Part shown: piece by piece, positions 26,745 through 36,639 of the stretch
Layout: each line of letters starts with the position of its first letter
Position numbering within the stretch: position 1 is the stretch's first letter
NCBI RefSeq assembly: GCF_902652985.1
Contig: NC_047016.1
Location: forward strand, 18,414,001 to 18,478,000
Source of the DNA: Pecten maximus
Taxonomy: Eukaryota
Direction: 5' to 3'
DNA: 64,000 nt
The notes under the pieces: model-generated
Seen by the model: the letters and a program-made list of their open reading frames with translations, nothing else
Database searches by the model: none
What the model was told of the DNA's origin: nothing
Program-made: the position numbers and the translations under genes

Positions 26745-29700
26745 TTGATGTCCCAAGCGATTGAAATTTTCTATAACTATCAAAGGAAGAAGGAACATAA
26801 AAGTAGAAACATAGCGGACCTACTCATTACTTCTGGCATTTATTCTGCACAATTAAACTTTTCACAATGACATACATGTAGCCTAACACTGGTGTGTCAT
26901 ATGTCACACGTACATGTGTAGTACTCTTTATTACTTGCATGTATTCATACCAAAATGATTAACGCAGACTTTATTGTAAACATTAAATATGATTGTATAC
27001 AAAGAAAGTATCAATACCTGTGCATTTCTGAAAAGAAAACAGTCACAAACAAGCTAAAATCTGATTGAATTACTGAATACATCTAGTTTCTGTTCCGATT
27101 GTAATTACCCTTTTTTGGGCCCCACTAGTTGAACGGCAGTGATAGATATATATATTTATCGCACGACAAAGCCCAAATAACACAAATTACCCAGCTCAAT
27201 TTTTGAAACTTATATATTATAACACTATAGAATCATTATTTGCGAACATAAATTAGCAGAAAGGCGCAAAGTATGTGTTATACCGAAGACATGTGCGTTT
27301 GTTTACACTTACCTCGTAATCCATTTTTTCTTTGCGACGGATGTAAATAACTGCGTCACGTGACAAGCCATGTGACCTTTTCGGCTTTCTCCGTAAGCAA
27401 CCGAGCGTGATATTGTTTACAATGTAAACAATGTTCCGACCCCGAAAATATGTACAAAAACACCCAACTTGATGGTGTAGCCGCTGGTATCGCTTAATTA
27501 TGGGTATATCTTATTATTCAAAGGCCGAATTCTTCAATTCCTGAGGTTGATATCTAAGGTAATAGTCCCTTTAATCTATTTAAATTTTGAAAAGGTTTAT
27601 ATAGGCTTAGGCTGCATGCAATAAAATCTGTTGAAATTAAGTATGGATGTTATTGGACAAATTTTAAATTAAAAATCAGTCTATTTTGTAATAAATCGAC
27701 AATGATGTTTTGTCTTTTTCGGTCACATATACGGTATGCATGTTATTGGACAACAAGGGATTTTATTAACAGAAAACATGGTAATAAAAAAATCAATATG
27801 AGGATAGGCAACTAGATGTACTAGAAAACAAAAAGTATCAAATAGTCAAGCACGGATTAACAGACAAACAGGCAATCGTCAAATATTGACGATAATAAGT
27901 TTCGGTGGCTTATTTTAAAGGAATATTTTTCACAAGTAGTATTGTTAGTCTCAATTCACAATATAAACAGATATAGGATATTTATTTTTGGAAATAGCCA
28001 GACCGATGTACAAACGTCACTTTTAAAATCGAAAGTAGAATTGCGATTCTAACACACATATTGTGCGAACTGCTATTGATAAGTTTTAATGATTGCAATA
28101 GTCTTAATTAAGTCTTCAGGAACAGTACCTTAAAGGTACAAAATATCTGGGTTTTTTTTCAAGTAATGCATGCAATCTTTGAAAGTAAATAAAGACACGA
28201 GGCTATTATAGACACTTAAATATAGCCTTATTATGACACATTATTATCGTTTTGTTTAATATTTGATTAATTCATTATTTGATATTTTTATAAAACCACG
28301 TACGATCAGTTAGAAGGTTAGTAAAACATGCAATGGTTATGCTTAGATTGATAGAATGGCTTTTTATTATAGGAAAATATATTATTTCGCATCTGCAATA
28401 ATGGCTATCCTTACTTTGGAACACAGAGAGTCAGCTGTTAATGAACTCTATTGGTCGACTGATACGTGAGGAAAAGTGTACAATTAATCCAGAGAATTTT
28501 GACTTAGAAGTAGACTTTATCAAGGAGGATTCGCCTGGCAAAATGAGTTCTGTACAGGTTCTAGTCAGAGCTAAGCAAGCAAACTCATTTGTACTGCGTA
28601 AGTATGTAAAGTATAATTGGTTTGATTCATCTACTAGGTAATAGGACGCTGTTTTCGTTCGTTTGTTAATACTTTTTACATGGTTGCAAGTATAACTTTT
28701 TTTTCATCATCATATATATTTCTATGTTCTAAAATTGTCATCGTGTTTCCATTTACCTATCATTTAAAATATTATTTATATAGAGGTTACAAAACGAGTG
28801 GTTGTTAGCTAGTGTCTTTTGTAACTTTTAAAAAATAACTTACGAGAATGAAATAAATTCCATATCCAAAAATCACAAGTCGTATGACTTGTTTCTACCA
28901 CAATAATATCGGCCTGAATCAAAGGGAATCGTGGCCAAGTCTTATTTCGCGTATGCAAATAAGGTGTACAGGTGACGGCCGGGACCAGGTGTTGTGACGT
29001 CATTCGATTATTGATGGCTGCAATAACAATTGCAGCTCGGGTCAAAGTTCGAATTCTTTACCAATCAAAAGACCGGAAGGTCATATTCGACTACTGGAAT
29101 ATAACATGTATATATTCAACAGTCAGCACATTTATACAATGGCTTGAGAGTGGAATAACACAGGGTATTGTGGTAGAAGTTATCTGACGTTACATCTTAG
29201 CAAACATAAACATATTTTGTTCCACAACCCAAGCATGGATTTTCTGTTAGGCTTTGAATATTTATTTTGTGATATCATAGTTTCCTGATGTCAATAGTTT
29301 ATTAACTAATTATCTTTTTACACGGAGTGGAGCATGATTTATTGAAAGAATCGAGGGATATTTTATGTTCTGTTATAGAGTTCAAACAATGAAATGTGTT
29401 ACTCCTACCAAATGTCAATGAGTGCAATAAATGAAAGGGAAGTTTATGCATATTATATTTCAATAAATTGATATCTAAATATAGAAATAGGATCGATCAG
29501 TAGGAGAAATGCCCAGCAAATAAACGAAATGTAACGTTGTCTCTTTTGTGTCTGAGAACTGAAAAAGAAAATAATCTCGTAAATTGCATGGTTCTTAAAA
29601 ATAGTGGCACCTGTTCAGAACATAAAAAATGTTTTTTTGTTTAAATTAAGTGAAATGTATCAAATTATGGGGTAAATTTATCTCATGTCTTATTGTCTAC

Positions 29701-30163
29701 TTTTTCGACTTTTTTCTAGATTTTCTCATATTTGTTCTCAAGCGCCATTGACGAGTTGTGAGGAACGATTGTATATTGTGTTGAATTGTACAATTATTGT
29801 CTGATATTTTTCTGAGTATATTAAATAATAAATATATCAATGAACGCTTATTATGAAATATCGAAAATGTGCAGAACAAATTTTGAAATAATTTACAAAT
29901 AATATAATACCTGACAGATTGTTAACTTCTTGAAAGACTAAACAGTAAATCAAAGCTTCGGTTCATTATTCACAGCTACCTTGGGTATTACTGCGGACCT
30001 TACAGAAGGAGAACCCTTGTATCTACATGGAGGTCCCGGTATCAGCCACAAGTACAATTTCCAACAGGTACAGACGCTGGTACAGAGGGCGGGGCTTCAT
30101 TTGGTGGACACGTGGGTCGATGACGAAGAACATGTAATGTTCTGTAAATGTAAAGCGATATAG
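681..30163 (+). CDS. EgtD-like SAM-dependent amino-acid N-methyltransferase (Methyltransf_33 family), copy 1, 7 coding exons, about 317 aa
   Basis: Exons 677/681-851, 4411-4549, 8149-8251, 8891-8994, 10860-10937, 28427-28597, 29976-30163; all GT-AG with compatible phases (0,1,2,1,1,1), 954 nt from ATG 681. Motifs colinear with bacterial EgtD: GLMSTPKYIPGWYIYDKEGSRL, NYYFHRCE, SAM-binding LVDMGSGNCQKT, FYPIDIS, LILWFGS, FSVDITQNREAVIKAY, EGEPLYLHGGPGISHKY, AGLHLVDTWVD. A small upstream exon may lie before the window. Confidence 0.85.
1721..3783. repeat. 44-bp minisatellite, about 47 copies, intron 1 of copy 1
   Basis: Unit aagtctattaacatccaactaaacattgagggtagctcacttca, head to tail with no spacers. 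Confidence 0.97.
5104..6164 (+). mobile_element. Probable solo LTR
   Basis: TGTGG...TCACA ends, TATAAAA near 5284, AATAAA near 5840; absent at the homologous site in the copy 2 intron (about 44730). No clean TSD. Confidence 0.5.
5640..5780. repeat. Degenerate 17-bp repeat inside the putative LTR
   Basis: gtgagtgctcggtagaa variants. Confidence 0.7.
6230..6470 (+). mobile_element. Old SINE-like remnant shared with paralogous intron (44830-45040)
   Basis: ggttttccccggtactac...ttcctcc core and gtttcgcaatt..gtaaaataaat tail at the same position in intron 2 of both gene copies. Confidence 0.5.
9601..9876. repeat. About 34-bp minisatellite, about 8 copies
   Basis: Unit gatggctgatacgttgttgggaatggtcaaggaa with shorter variants. 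Confidence 0.9.
11520..13399 (+). mobile_element. Degenerate non-LTR retrotransposon (CR1/L2-like RT remnants); tail apparently resumes at 27575-27640
   Basis: Fragmented RT-like peptides: KSPRPGEIFPK, KMANV, QSGF, GSVLG..LFINDLP, WADKW, NASSLSIFKNKL; many stops and frameshifts. Confidence 0.65.
13816..14300 (+). repeat. Left long TIR of ISL2EU-type element (about 485 bp, degenerate extension to about 14340)
   Basis: Reverse complement of 19787-20271 with only a few mismatches seen by eye (e.g. tt/cc near 14234, t/g near 14271). Confidence 0.92.
13831..13867. promoter_or_regulatory. CTCF-like and YY1-like motifs in the TIR (mirror at 20220-20256)
   Basis: CCGCCAGGTGGCGCTG (20241-20256; reverse complement at 13831-13846) and CAAGATGGCGGC (13856-13867). 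Confidence 0.45.
14501..15994 (+). CDS. THAP-domain + HTH + DDE_Tnp_4 (Harbinger/ISL2EU-type) transposase, 497 aa
   Basis: THAP C2CH motif CCVPHC...FPKD...W...VCSVHF...AVPSVF; HTH LSPMEELFVTLVRLR; catalytic motifs IIDCTE, SSYKHHNTAK, MVDRGF, RVHVERAVRKIK. Confidence 0.93.
   Translation: MPHHCCVPHCTNNSKTKDGYSFHTFPKDPSVAKKWVIAIRRDQGADFDINKETRVCSVHFNADSYHPTTAIHVRKRLRGTAVPSVFQWTVQKPVRRKLSLLMKSPNCGNVESNNTSFPEKHVLESCNNDCDEPLLVDQPFSSEDSLTNVDWAESPDKSKLKETNSVLLHIRNKEKFSILRFCNSDSDIRYYTGFSSYLALHCFFTFLQPACSFLYYVGTDNTSEGTPYIFLNKRGKSRSLSPMEELFVTLVRLRKGLPEKHLGDLYNLSEGHVSKILNTWIAFLDNRLSSLPIWPQRDHVNNTMPAIFKTYFSSTRTIIDCTEIFIEHPSASECQRETFSSYKHHNTAKGLIAIAPSGQITFISPLYSGRCSDKKIIRHCGLLDLIEEGDGVMVDRGFDITTDLENRGAHLIMPAFLSGKDQFTPDQLSQSREIATVRVHVERAVRKIKEFEILRHTVPITLCPMLEKIWNICGHLANFSGSGTLFRQPKDVSTCKE
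17259..18977 (-). CDS. PHD finger + SWIM zinc finger + YqaJ (lambda exonuclease-like) protein, 572 aa, accessory gene of the ISL2EU-type element
   Basis: True start is probably ATG at 18977 after the acceptor at 18997-18998. PHD HCVC...MVRCDLCDDWFHPSCV...WFCPGC; SWIM CSCPAGIDGQCKH; YqaJ motifs QSKTSFWFNERQYRITAS, HGINYE, LGVTPDRL, EIKCP, YQVQGQL. Confidence 0.92.
   Translation of the reverse strand: MSRKRNHEEMNQSASTDRTLHCVCKTPEDPEKIMVRCDLCDDWFHPSCVNLDEEEAKNIAKWFCPGCCELMKINPLISKKGLLSFQGRVAPTTGWGEDFPIEDIDESVLDFVKTKRHRVEGWTLFREGKITGLSSTTTGNLIYFRGQCQAAMKQKTYNIYMCLKHGGTKLKWGTCSCPAGIDGQCKHLVATLFCLIDFHRQDVKTMPDVKTCTDKLQLWHVRKPTSDEPLLFRDINFVKHDPFKTVKKDLCAAAATHNPVPEFARSVTGNDLTKLVNLFDASGLNLPVLDTIRENNFKPVACRQRCDVNLDADLFEMVDNTSFSEIELPQALKSDIQQHYLVNVSVDTQRAKFIEKNTRLQSKTSFWFNERQYRITASNFGVFCRLKNTTDPVNTFQQKKKFFTSKSVRHGINYEAQALALYQKEKPCASSPVGLVVNPKLPHLGVTPDRLVKVNNEIRLVEIKCPYSVFKKKTSILSQMKEKNFYLEKNPTTGEIQLKKSHDYFYQVQGQLNLCGIEKCDFVVFVPPEDIAIVEIHRDSEFFCSNMLPKLNSIYFSHLLPHFVDCLRTKDQ
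19787..20271 (-). repeat. Right long TIR of ISL2EU-type element
   Basis: Mirror of 13816-14300. Confidence 0.92.
21843..22113. repeat. 36/42-bp minisatellite running into an assembly gap (N 22114-22276)
   Basis: Unit gaataatgaatctgctatgtatgtgtgtgtatgtgt. Confidence 0.92.
22636..22852 (+). mobile_element. tRNA-derived SINE (V-SINE-like) inside a Kolobok intron
   Basis: A-box TGGCTGAGTGG, B-box-like GAGTACGAAACC, central ggtttttatccgagtactccggc, tail ttaaacaaaacaa; TSD ctgtgg(g/a)gtta at 22624-22634 and 22853-22863. Confidence 0.75.
23270..23409 (-). mobile_element. Truncated Helentron/HINE-like terminus
   Basis: (gacg)n microsatellite then hairpin agctcaccggac...gtccaggtgagct-aaaaa; same architecture as 49590-49663. 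Confidence 0.5.
24510..24840. repeat. 29-30-bp tandem repeat between the convergent Kolobok genes
   Basis: gtatgtgtcacaactttgctaag / gtatgtgtcacaggctggctaaa variants alternate in the distal half (dimeric higher-order unit). Confidence 0.88.
25382..27324 (-). pseudogene. KolX-like accessory gene (P2X7 C-terminal cysteine-rich/ballast-like domain) with RG-rich N-terminus
   Basis: Exons 27313-27324 (MDYE, tentative), 26422-26670 (RGRGRGR-rich, in-frame TAA near 26432), 25836-26082 (PDWC/VCGNCREMPTQPEKLCC, 2-nt frameshift near 25922), 25382-25645 (RHAAYRQYILWQVG...VIPSCAVWKIRDRFP...QYTGFK). Confidence 0.82.
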
Positions 30164-30967
30164 ACATTGATATAATGAATCTCATCGTGGCAATTATATA
30201 TATATATGTGTGTGTGTATGACAAAGCTTTCCTGATCATGGATCAGTATACCAATGTAGATGTGTTCAATCTAGAATAAAGAGAGGTATGAGATAAATCA
30301 TCGGTGATATCAACACAGCATAACGAATATATAACTATTGATAAAATATCTAAATAATTATCATAAAAAAAGGTGAGTAAATATCTTAACACTGATTAAT
30401 TTTGGGAATCAACTTATTGTACATTCATGTAATTTATCTAGATCACGTTTTTATGCAAAACAGTGTCATTATCCAATAAAGTAAATTTTCTCCGCCTTTT
30501 ATAACTTCATAACTTAGGTGTACACATCGATTATAATGTTGCATATATACTTCCCTGGCTATGTTCGGGGTTGATCACGATGAAGTTGTTTTTATGGTTT
30601 GTTTTATAAAAAACCGAAAGTTTATTAAAAACGAAGTCTCCCTAACCAAAGTCTAATGCATGCCAAATTTGGAAAAAATAACCTTACAGAAAAAAGGAGG
30701 AGGATTTGAATATATCTTTTTTTCAATTGCCCCACTATTTGACCCTTCCCTTTCTCCCAATTCGCCCATACCCACCAAATATATGAGGCCTAGTCCTCTT
30801 CACTCGAGTATGCAACCAACTTAATATGCCTCCATCCCAATAGTAGAAGGTTTGAATTGATAGCTTTATCTCATCAGACTCTTTATACAATGTTGAGTTC
30901 CCTTCACCCAAGGATGCAGTAAACCAACTTTGGCAAAGAAGAAGATATATTTACATTAACCACTGTA

Positions 30968-33900
30968 AAAGTAATGTGTAAATATCGGTTATATAGGGTT
31001 ATGCTTTATAATATATTAATATTGTATTAAATATTAATAATATTATTTATTAAAATACCATGAACGACATCAAATTCAATGGTGGTCACAAAATATTGTC
31101 ACCTTAACGACGTTAGATTAGGGAAAGAAGATTTATTGAAACACAAATGAAATATCAACGTCCAACAGAACCCACAGAACATGCCAATGCCCACCCCATA
31201 CAAGTGGCCGTGTACAATGTAGTGTAATTATTGTGTAATCGTTATGCATGGCCCGGAGCATGTATATTACGTTACTGACACCGGGGACCGGGTGCCGTAC
31301 ATTCTAGCTGCACTGGCCTTTATTACCAAATTTACTACGAATCACCCGTTTATATTTGTCACTTTCTGGTGTTAACTGTGTTTTTAACTCGCCGAGGATA
31401 TTGACTTACCTTTGGTATTTGGCATCTATCCTAAATTACCCTGAAATCAGGTAAGTGTAGTAGTGTTTTTCTGATTATATAAATAGTCTCGGACTAAGGT
31501 ATACATAGCCTACACGATGGGTATTGAGGTATAGACAAGTAAGGGATTATACACATAATCACAGAAGAGTACAGTATGTGCACACAAACTATACATTAGC
31601 TTTACTAATTTCAAGTGAGTGAATCAATGGTACGGGTGTCAACCTTATACACCATGGATTTATTGCAGAGACAAATATCTTGTAAACAATACGGTCTTAA
31701 AGATAAGCAATTATGTTCTACCAAGCCATAGGACTACCAGGTTGTGACCCCATCTCTGTTGTGTGAAATTTTGTATTAAAACCAAGTCTGCGAGACCTTA
31801 TCCAGGTATAAGTTTCATATCTACGAAATTTCTATTGAAATAAAATAATTATATTTTTGTCCTGCTAAAGTTTATAAGTTTATAAAGTTTATGCTATAGA
31901 TTATAAAACAATATCAACCTATCACATCTGCAGCTACACAATCTGGTCCATACCTCGAGCTCTGTTTCCACCAAAACATTAAATTTAAAATACCAAACAA
32001 TATAAATGGCTGTAAAATCTTGGCATACCACTTGATGAAAGGGGCAGCTGTGTTTTATTAACAACAATATTTCATATATTTTTGAATTAAACATGATTTT
32101 TAGCAAAGGTGAGCGAGAAGTACGCCTTTAAATCTACGATAGTGAAAACTAACTCCTCTATTTATGGATCATCAAGCACTTCAGGAAAAACCTTTAAAAA
32201 GGAAACCTGCCCCTGGCAGTGTGCCAAAATGACCAGAAGGGAAGCACCGGGACTCCGCTTACAAGTGTTATACAAATAAATCAAACTTATATCAGACAAC
32301 AAAATATAAATAACTATAAGTCAGAATGAATAAAATTAACAATACTAATATACTAAAGAAGAACACAAAAGAATAGTTTAAAAATGTATACAAATAAATC
32401 AAGTTTATATCAGACAACAAAATATAAATAACTAACAAAATATAAATAACTAAAACAGAATGAATAAAATTAACAATCCTAAAATACTAAAGAAGAGCAC
32501 AAAAGAATAGTTTGAAAATTAAGATCCACAAATAAAAGGGGGAATGCAGGGGTGGTTGGAGGGATGTCCTTTCTAAAATAATTGTAAAACTGAATTCTCC
32601 TCAATCAAAACAACATTGATTTCACCTATTTAGAAACTTTTCAAGATGGCGTCATAAACATACAGGGATTAACTCTATAGTGGGGATAACCTTGGTGTTG
32701 CAGGGGCTGGGATGAGCCCTTGACCAATCAAGAGCTATGAATTTTGCATGGAGGTCACTTAGGCCCCACAGTGGCAATAATGACCCTTGACCAATGGGGA
32801 GACAATAATTAGCATACTGTAATTACATATTCATACTAACCAATTTATGTGTGAAGCTTAAGCTTTATTGTACAAAAATATGTCTATAAATAGACATTTA
32901 TTTTTTTGATGATGTGTTAAAAGATAGTGGTCTTCAACGTCCAATATATTGTCAATAGAAATTTCCTTGAACATTAGTAAGTCTTCAAATAGCATTCCGT
33001 CGTTGAAGTGAGTTTATGCTACAAAATTAAAAGTAAACGAGAATCTTGTATTTTAGCCAAGTAGCAAAAGTGATCAACTTTACCTAAATGCAGCATATAA
33101 GGTTAGAAGTTAGTTCAAAGTGTTTAACAATTACAGCATGCACAGACAACTTCATGCACAAAAAAAAAAAAAAAACGACGGACGTGACTCCCTACTAAAA
33201 TACTACTTCTATTTGTGTTTATCCTCCTTCCTCAAGCGTCTGATATATCATTAATTTTATAAATTAGCACTTAATTCACTCTAATTGGCTTAAAATGTAT
33301 AAACCTATGAAATAGGTAACTTTTTTCATAAAATCATAAAATTTGGGTTACCATGGTAACGTCAATAATGCAAAAAACACCACTTTTGTTACTAAATTTG
33401 AAAAGGTTATATTCTCAAGTTTCTAAATATATATGGGTTGTTTACCAAAAATGTTGAGGCAAAAGTGTGAAAAATCATGATGAACCAAAATATCGGATTT
33501 TTTTCAGTTCCATTAAAAAATCCTGGGAGTTAATGGGGTTAAAAGTAATGTGTAAACATCAGCCAAATAGGGTGACAATTTATAATATGTATGTTAATAT
33601 TGTATTAAATATCAATATGACTCCCTTATTAAAATACTGTGATCGTCATTATACCAAGGAATTCAATGGTGGTCACAAAATGTTGTCACCTTAACGACGT
33701 TAGATTAGGGAAAGAATATTTATTGAAACACAAATGAAAGTGCAACGTCCGACAGAACCCACAAAACTTGACAATGCCTATCCCTAACAAGTGGCCGTGT
33801 ATAATGTATATATTGTGTAATAATTATGCATGGCCCAGAACATGTATATTACGTAATTGATACCGGGTACCTTTTGTACTAGTTACGATGGCCATTATTA

Positions 33901-34500
33901 CCAAAGAGACTAAGGATTATACGTTCATATTTACCACTTTCTGGTGTTTACTGTGTGTTTAACTCGTCGAGGCCTATTGACTCACCTTTGGTATTTGGCA
34001 TCTATCCTAAATTACCCTGAAATCAGGTAAGTGTAATAGTGTTTTCCTGATTATATCAATAGGCTCGTACTAAGGTATACATAACCTACACGGTGGGTAT
34101 TGAGGTATAGACAAGTAAGGGATTATACACATACTGTTTCTATTATAAGATACAGAGAGTACAGTACGTGCACACAAATTAGACATTAGCTTTACTAATT
34201 TCAAGTGAATGAATTAATGGTACGTGGGTGTCGGGCCTTTCCGTTGACCGTCGGTTATGAGAGTGAACTTTATTAAGGGGTCGTCTCAAAACGTTTTTGG
34301 TGATGTTCGAGTAATTTTTACAATATGCTTTAATTTAAGCCATGGATTCAATTGCAACGAAAAAAATCTTGAAAATGATACGGTCTTAAAGATAAGCCAT
34401 TATGTTCTACCAGGCCATAGGACTTGTTAGTACGATTAAAATTAAAATACCTGCGAGACCTTATCCGGGTATAAGTTTCATATCTACGAAATTTCTATAG
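30968..34500. repeat. Local direct duplication: 30968-31840 vs 33541-34500
   Basis: Shared blocks such as aattcaatggtggtcacaaaat..gtcaccttaacgacgttagattagggaaagaa and tttggcatctatcctaaattaccctgaaatcaggtaagtgt. Confidence 0.85.
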
Positions 34501-36628
34501 AAATCTCCTTGAAAATTAGCCACTCTTCAGATAGCATTCCGTCGTTGAAATGAGTTTATGCTGCAAAAATAAAAGAAAACGGGAATCTTATAATTCTATC
34601 GACTAGTAAAAGTGCTAAACTTTATTTTAATACAACATATACAGATCGAAGTTGCATGTTGTTTAAAGTTCTTAAGAATAGCACAGTCAACTTCACGAAC
34701 AAAAAATAAAAATGACATGACTATGTAGCGAAGGTAATGAAAAGTCAAAGATATCGGCGCCATTTCTCACGTAACAGATGAAACATCATCCCTATATGTT
34801 CTGAACCAGTCTCTACAGCTAATTAATATTTAAACAATTCACTCGATTTTAACTTTTCTATGAAACATTCTTTTTCTTTCAACATATTTTAATTGATAAA
34901 TACTCGTATCCTACACTAGCACTCCTCGGATGTTTTCCTATTGTCTACACTACACTAGGGCTGTTGTGCGGTTTTATCACGTTTTGATTGCGTTATGGCA
35001 CGTGCACAAATAATACATTTGTACGAAGACACGGAAAATATTTCGATGGAAACTATGGATATAATGATGTAACAGTTGTAAAGTTGTTCTTGCTGCATAT
35101 CCCACTGGAAAGACTCAGGTAGGAATTTACTCATATTTACTCTGTTTATAATTTCATTAGGTACATGTTTTGTTGGGGCCCAAATAGTTTGTGTTGTCAA
35201 TACTTTCTTTTCTTTCTTTTATTGTAAAATAAAATATACATGTATATATATAAAGTTACCTCTTCAAATTCCATATTCATGTTACGTAATGTGAACAAAA
35301 ACTCATTTGCGTTTGTATTGAGAACGTATACTATGTATAATGGAGAGGTGTGTCGCTATGCGCGTGTATCGATAGACTGATACTTGTCTCAATGAACGCA
35401 CGCGATTTTATAGCGGCTCGTATCTCCGCATTACAAAAAACAAAAATGTCTGCCCGTCCTTAGATACGACACAACCATAATTGGGGGATGTCTCGGAAAC
35501 GATTTTTGGAAATCTGTACATGTATTTTTTTTTTTTTAATCTCAATTGGATGCTTTTTAACTTGCACTGTCAGCTTTAAGTAAATAACTCCTGTATTATA
35601 ATATGCATAAAAAAATGAAAAAAAATAAATGTACACTAGAATTGGTATATTCAGTATGAAGTAGTACATACAGGCTTCACATTTGTTAAAACAAAAATTA
35701 ATAAATTGGCTCAGGATTTTAAACTACCGGATTTTCAAAAAGTGTGTTTACCCAGGAAATTTAGTTTTGCCTACAGCGAAAAATGGAAGCCCACAGAAAA
35801 GGTAAGATAGCAGGAAAACTTAATTCACAACATATGTCAAAACAAGATTGATTCTTTAGGATAGAGATATTTAATTTTAAATAAGTTTCAGGAGAAAAAA
35901 TTGTGTAGAGAATTGTGTCATTTTGGGTCAAATATCATAATATTTTTCATTTTTTTAGCAGTTTTTAAGCCATTATCATGCTATTCACAGCTATAAAAAT
36001 CACAGAAAAAAATAAATTTACTTATCCTTCAGAACTGTATTAAAAGTGCAAATGTTGTAAAGATTACAAATATATATACTTTATTAGAGGTAATATATAG
36101 GGTTAACTAAACATGTGCCATATTTTTTAGAATTGGGCATTCTTACTGTACACTGCTACCTAAGGTGTTCTTTTTATAGATAGGAACAGGCTAGTTGTTT
36201 ACAATTGAAATATATTATATAAACTATTACATGCTCTCATAAGAAATAGCTGACCAACGGATTATAGATACATAGGAAGGTCAACAGGTAATTACATAAG
36301 TACAAACAATCAATACACTTTTGCAAGGTAACACAAGGGTCACACAGTTCCAAAGGGTCGGTTATTGCAAAAGTAAATCAAAACACTTTGGCCAGGTAAA
36401 CACATGTGTCACACCCAAGGGTCAGGCAGATAATATATTTGCGGTCCAGTGCACAAATTCTATCCAGTGGTCATGGTATGCCCATGAATTGAAAGTGTGT
36501 ACAGTGGACTATCAAGTAGTTTAATACCCAAATGTTAACACAGATCGAGGTAGTATTTAAAATTTTCGACCCGGATGTGGTGTATATATTCAGAAATATA
36601 TCATTTGACATACTCTTCCACGCGTCTC

Positions 36629-36639
36629 ATGACGACCAG
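36629..36639 (+). CDS. Possible first micro-exon (MTT-R) of EgtD-like copy 2
   Basis: ATGACGACCAG|GTAAGT strong donor in phase 2, compatible with the acceptor at 39898 (ag|a ATG GAT); TATA-like gtatatatat about 45 bp upstream. The copy 1 acceptor (cag|t gga atg) is also phase 2. Confidence 0.4.

Larger units (their letters stand above)
13400..27570 (+). mobile_element. Kolobok-superfamily DNA transposon (non-autonomous, decayed), host of the ISL2EU insertion
   Basis: Ends AGGGACTAT-atgg-TTAGA and TCTAA-ggta-ATAGTCCCT; right flank TTAA (27571-27574), left flank TAAA (one mismatch); convergent transposase and KolX-like genes inside. Confidence 0.82.

Noticed and set aside
13400-27570. KolobokP-type long terminal direct repeats
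   Set aside because: Left and right terminal regions show no direct similarity beyond the short inverted ends.
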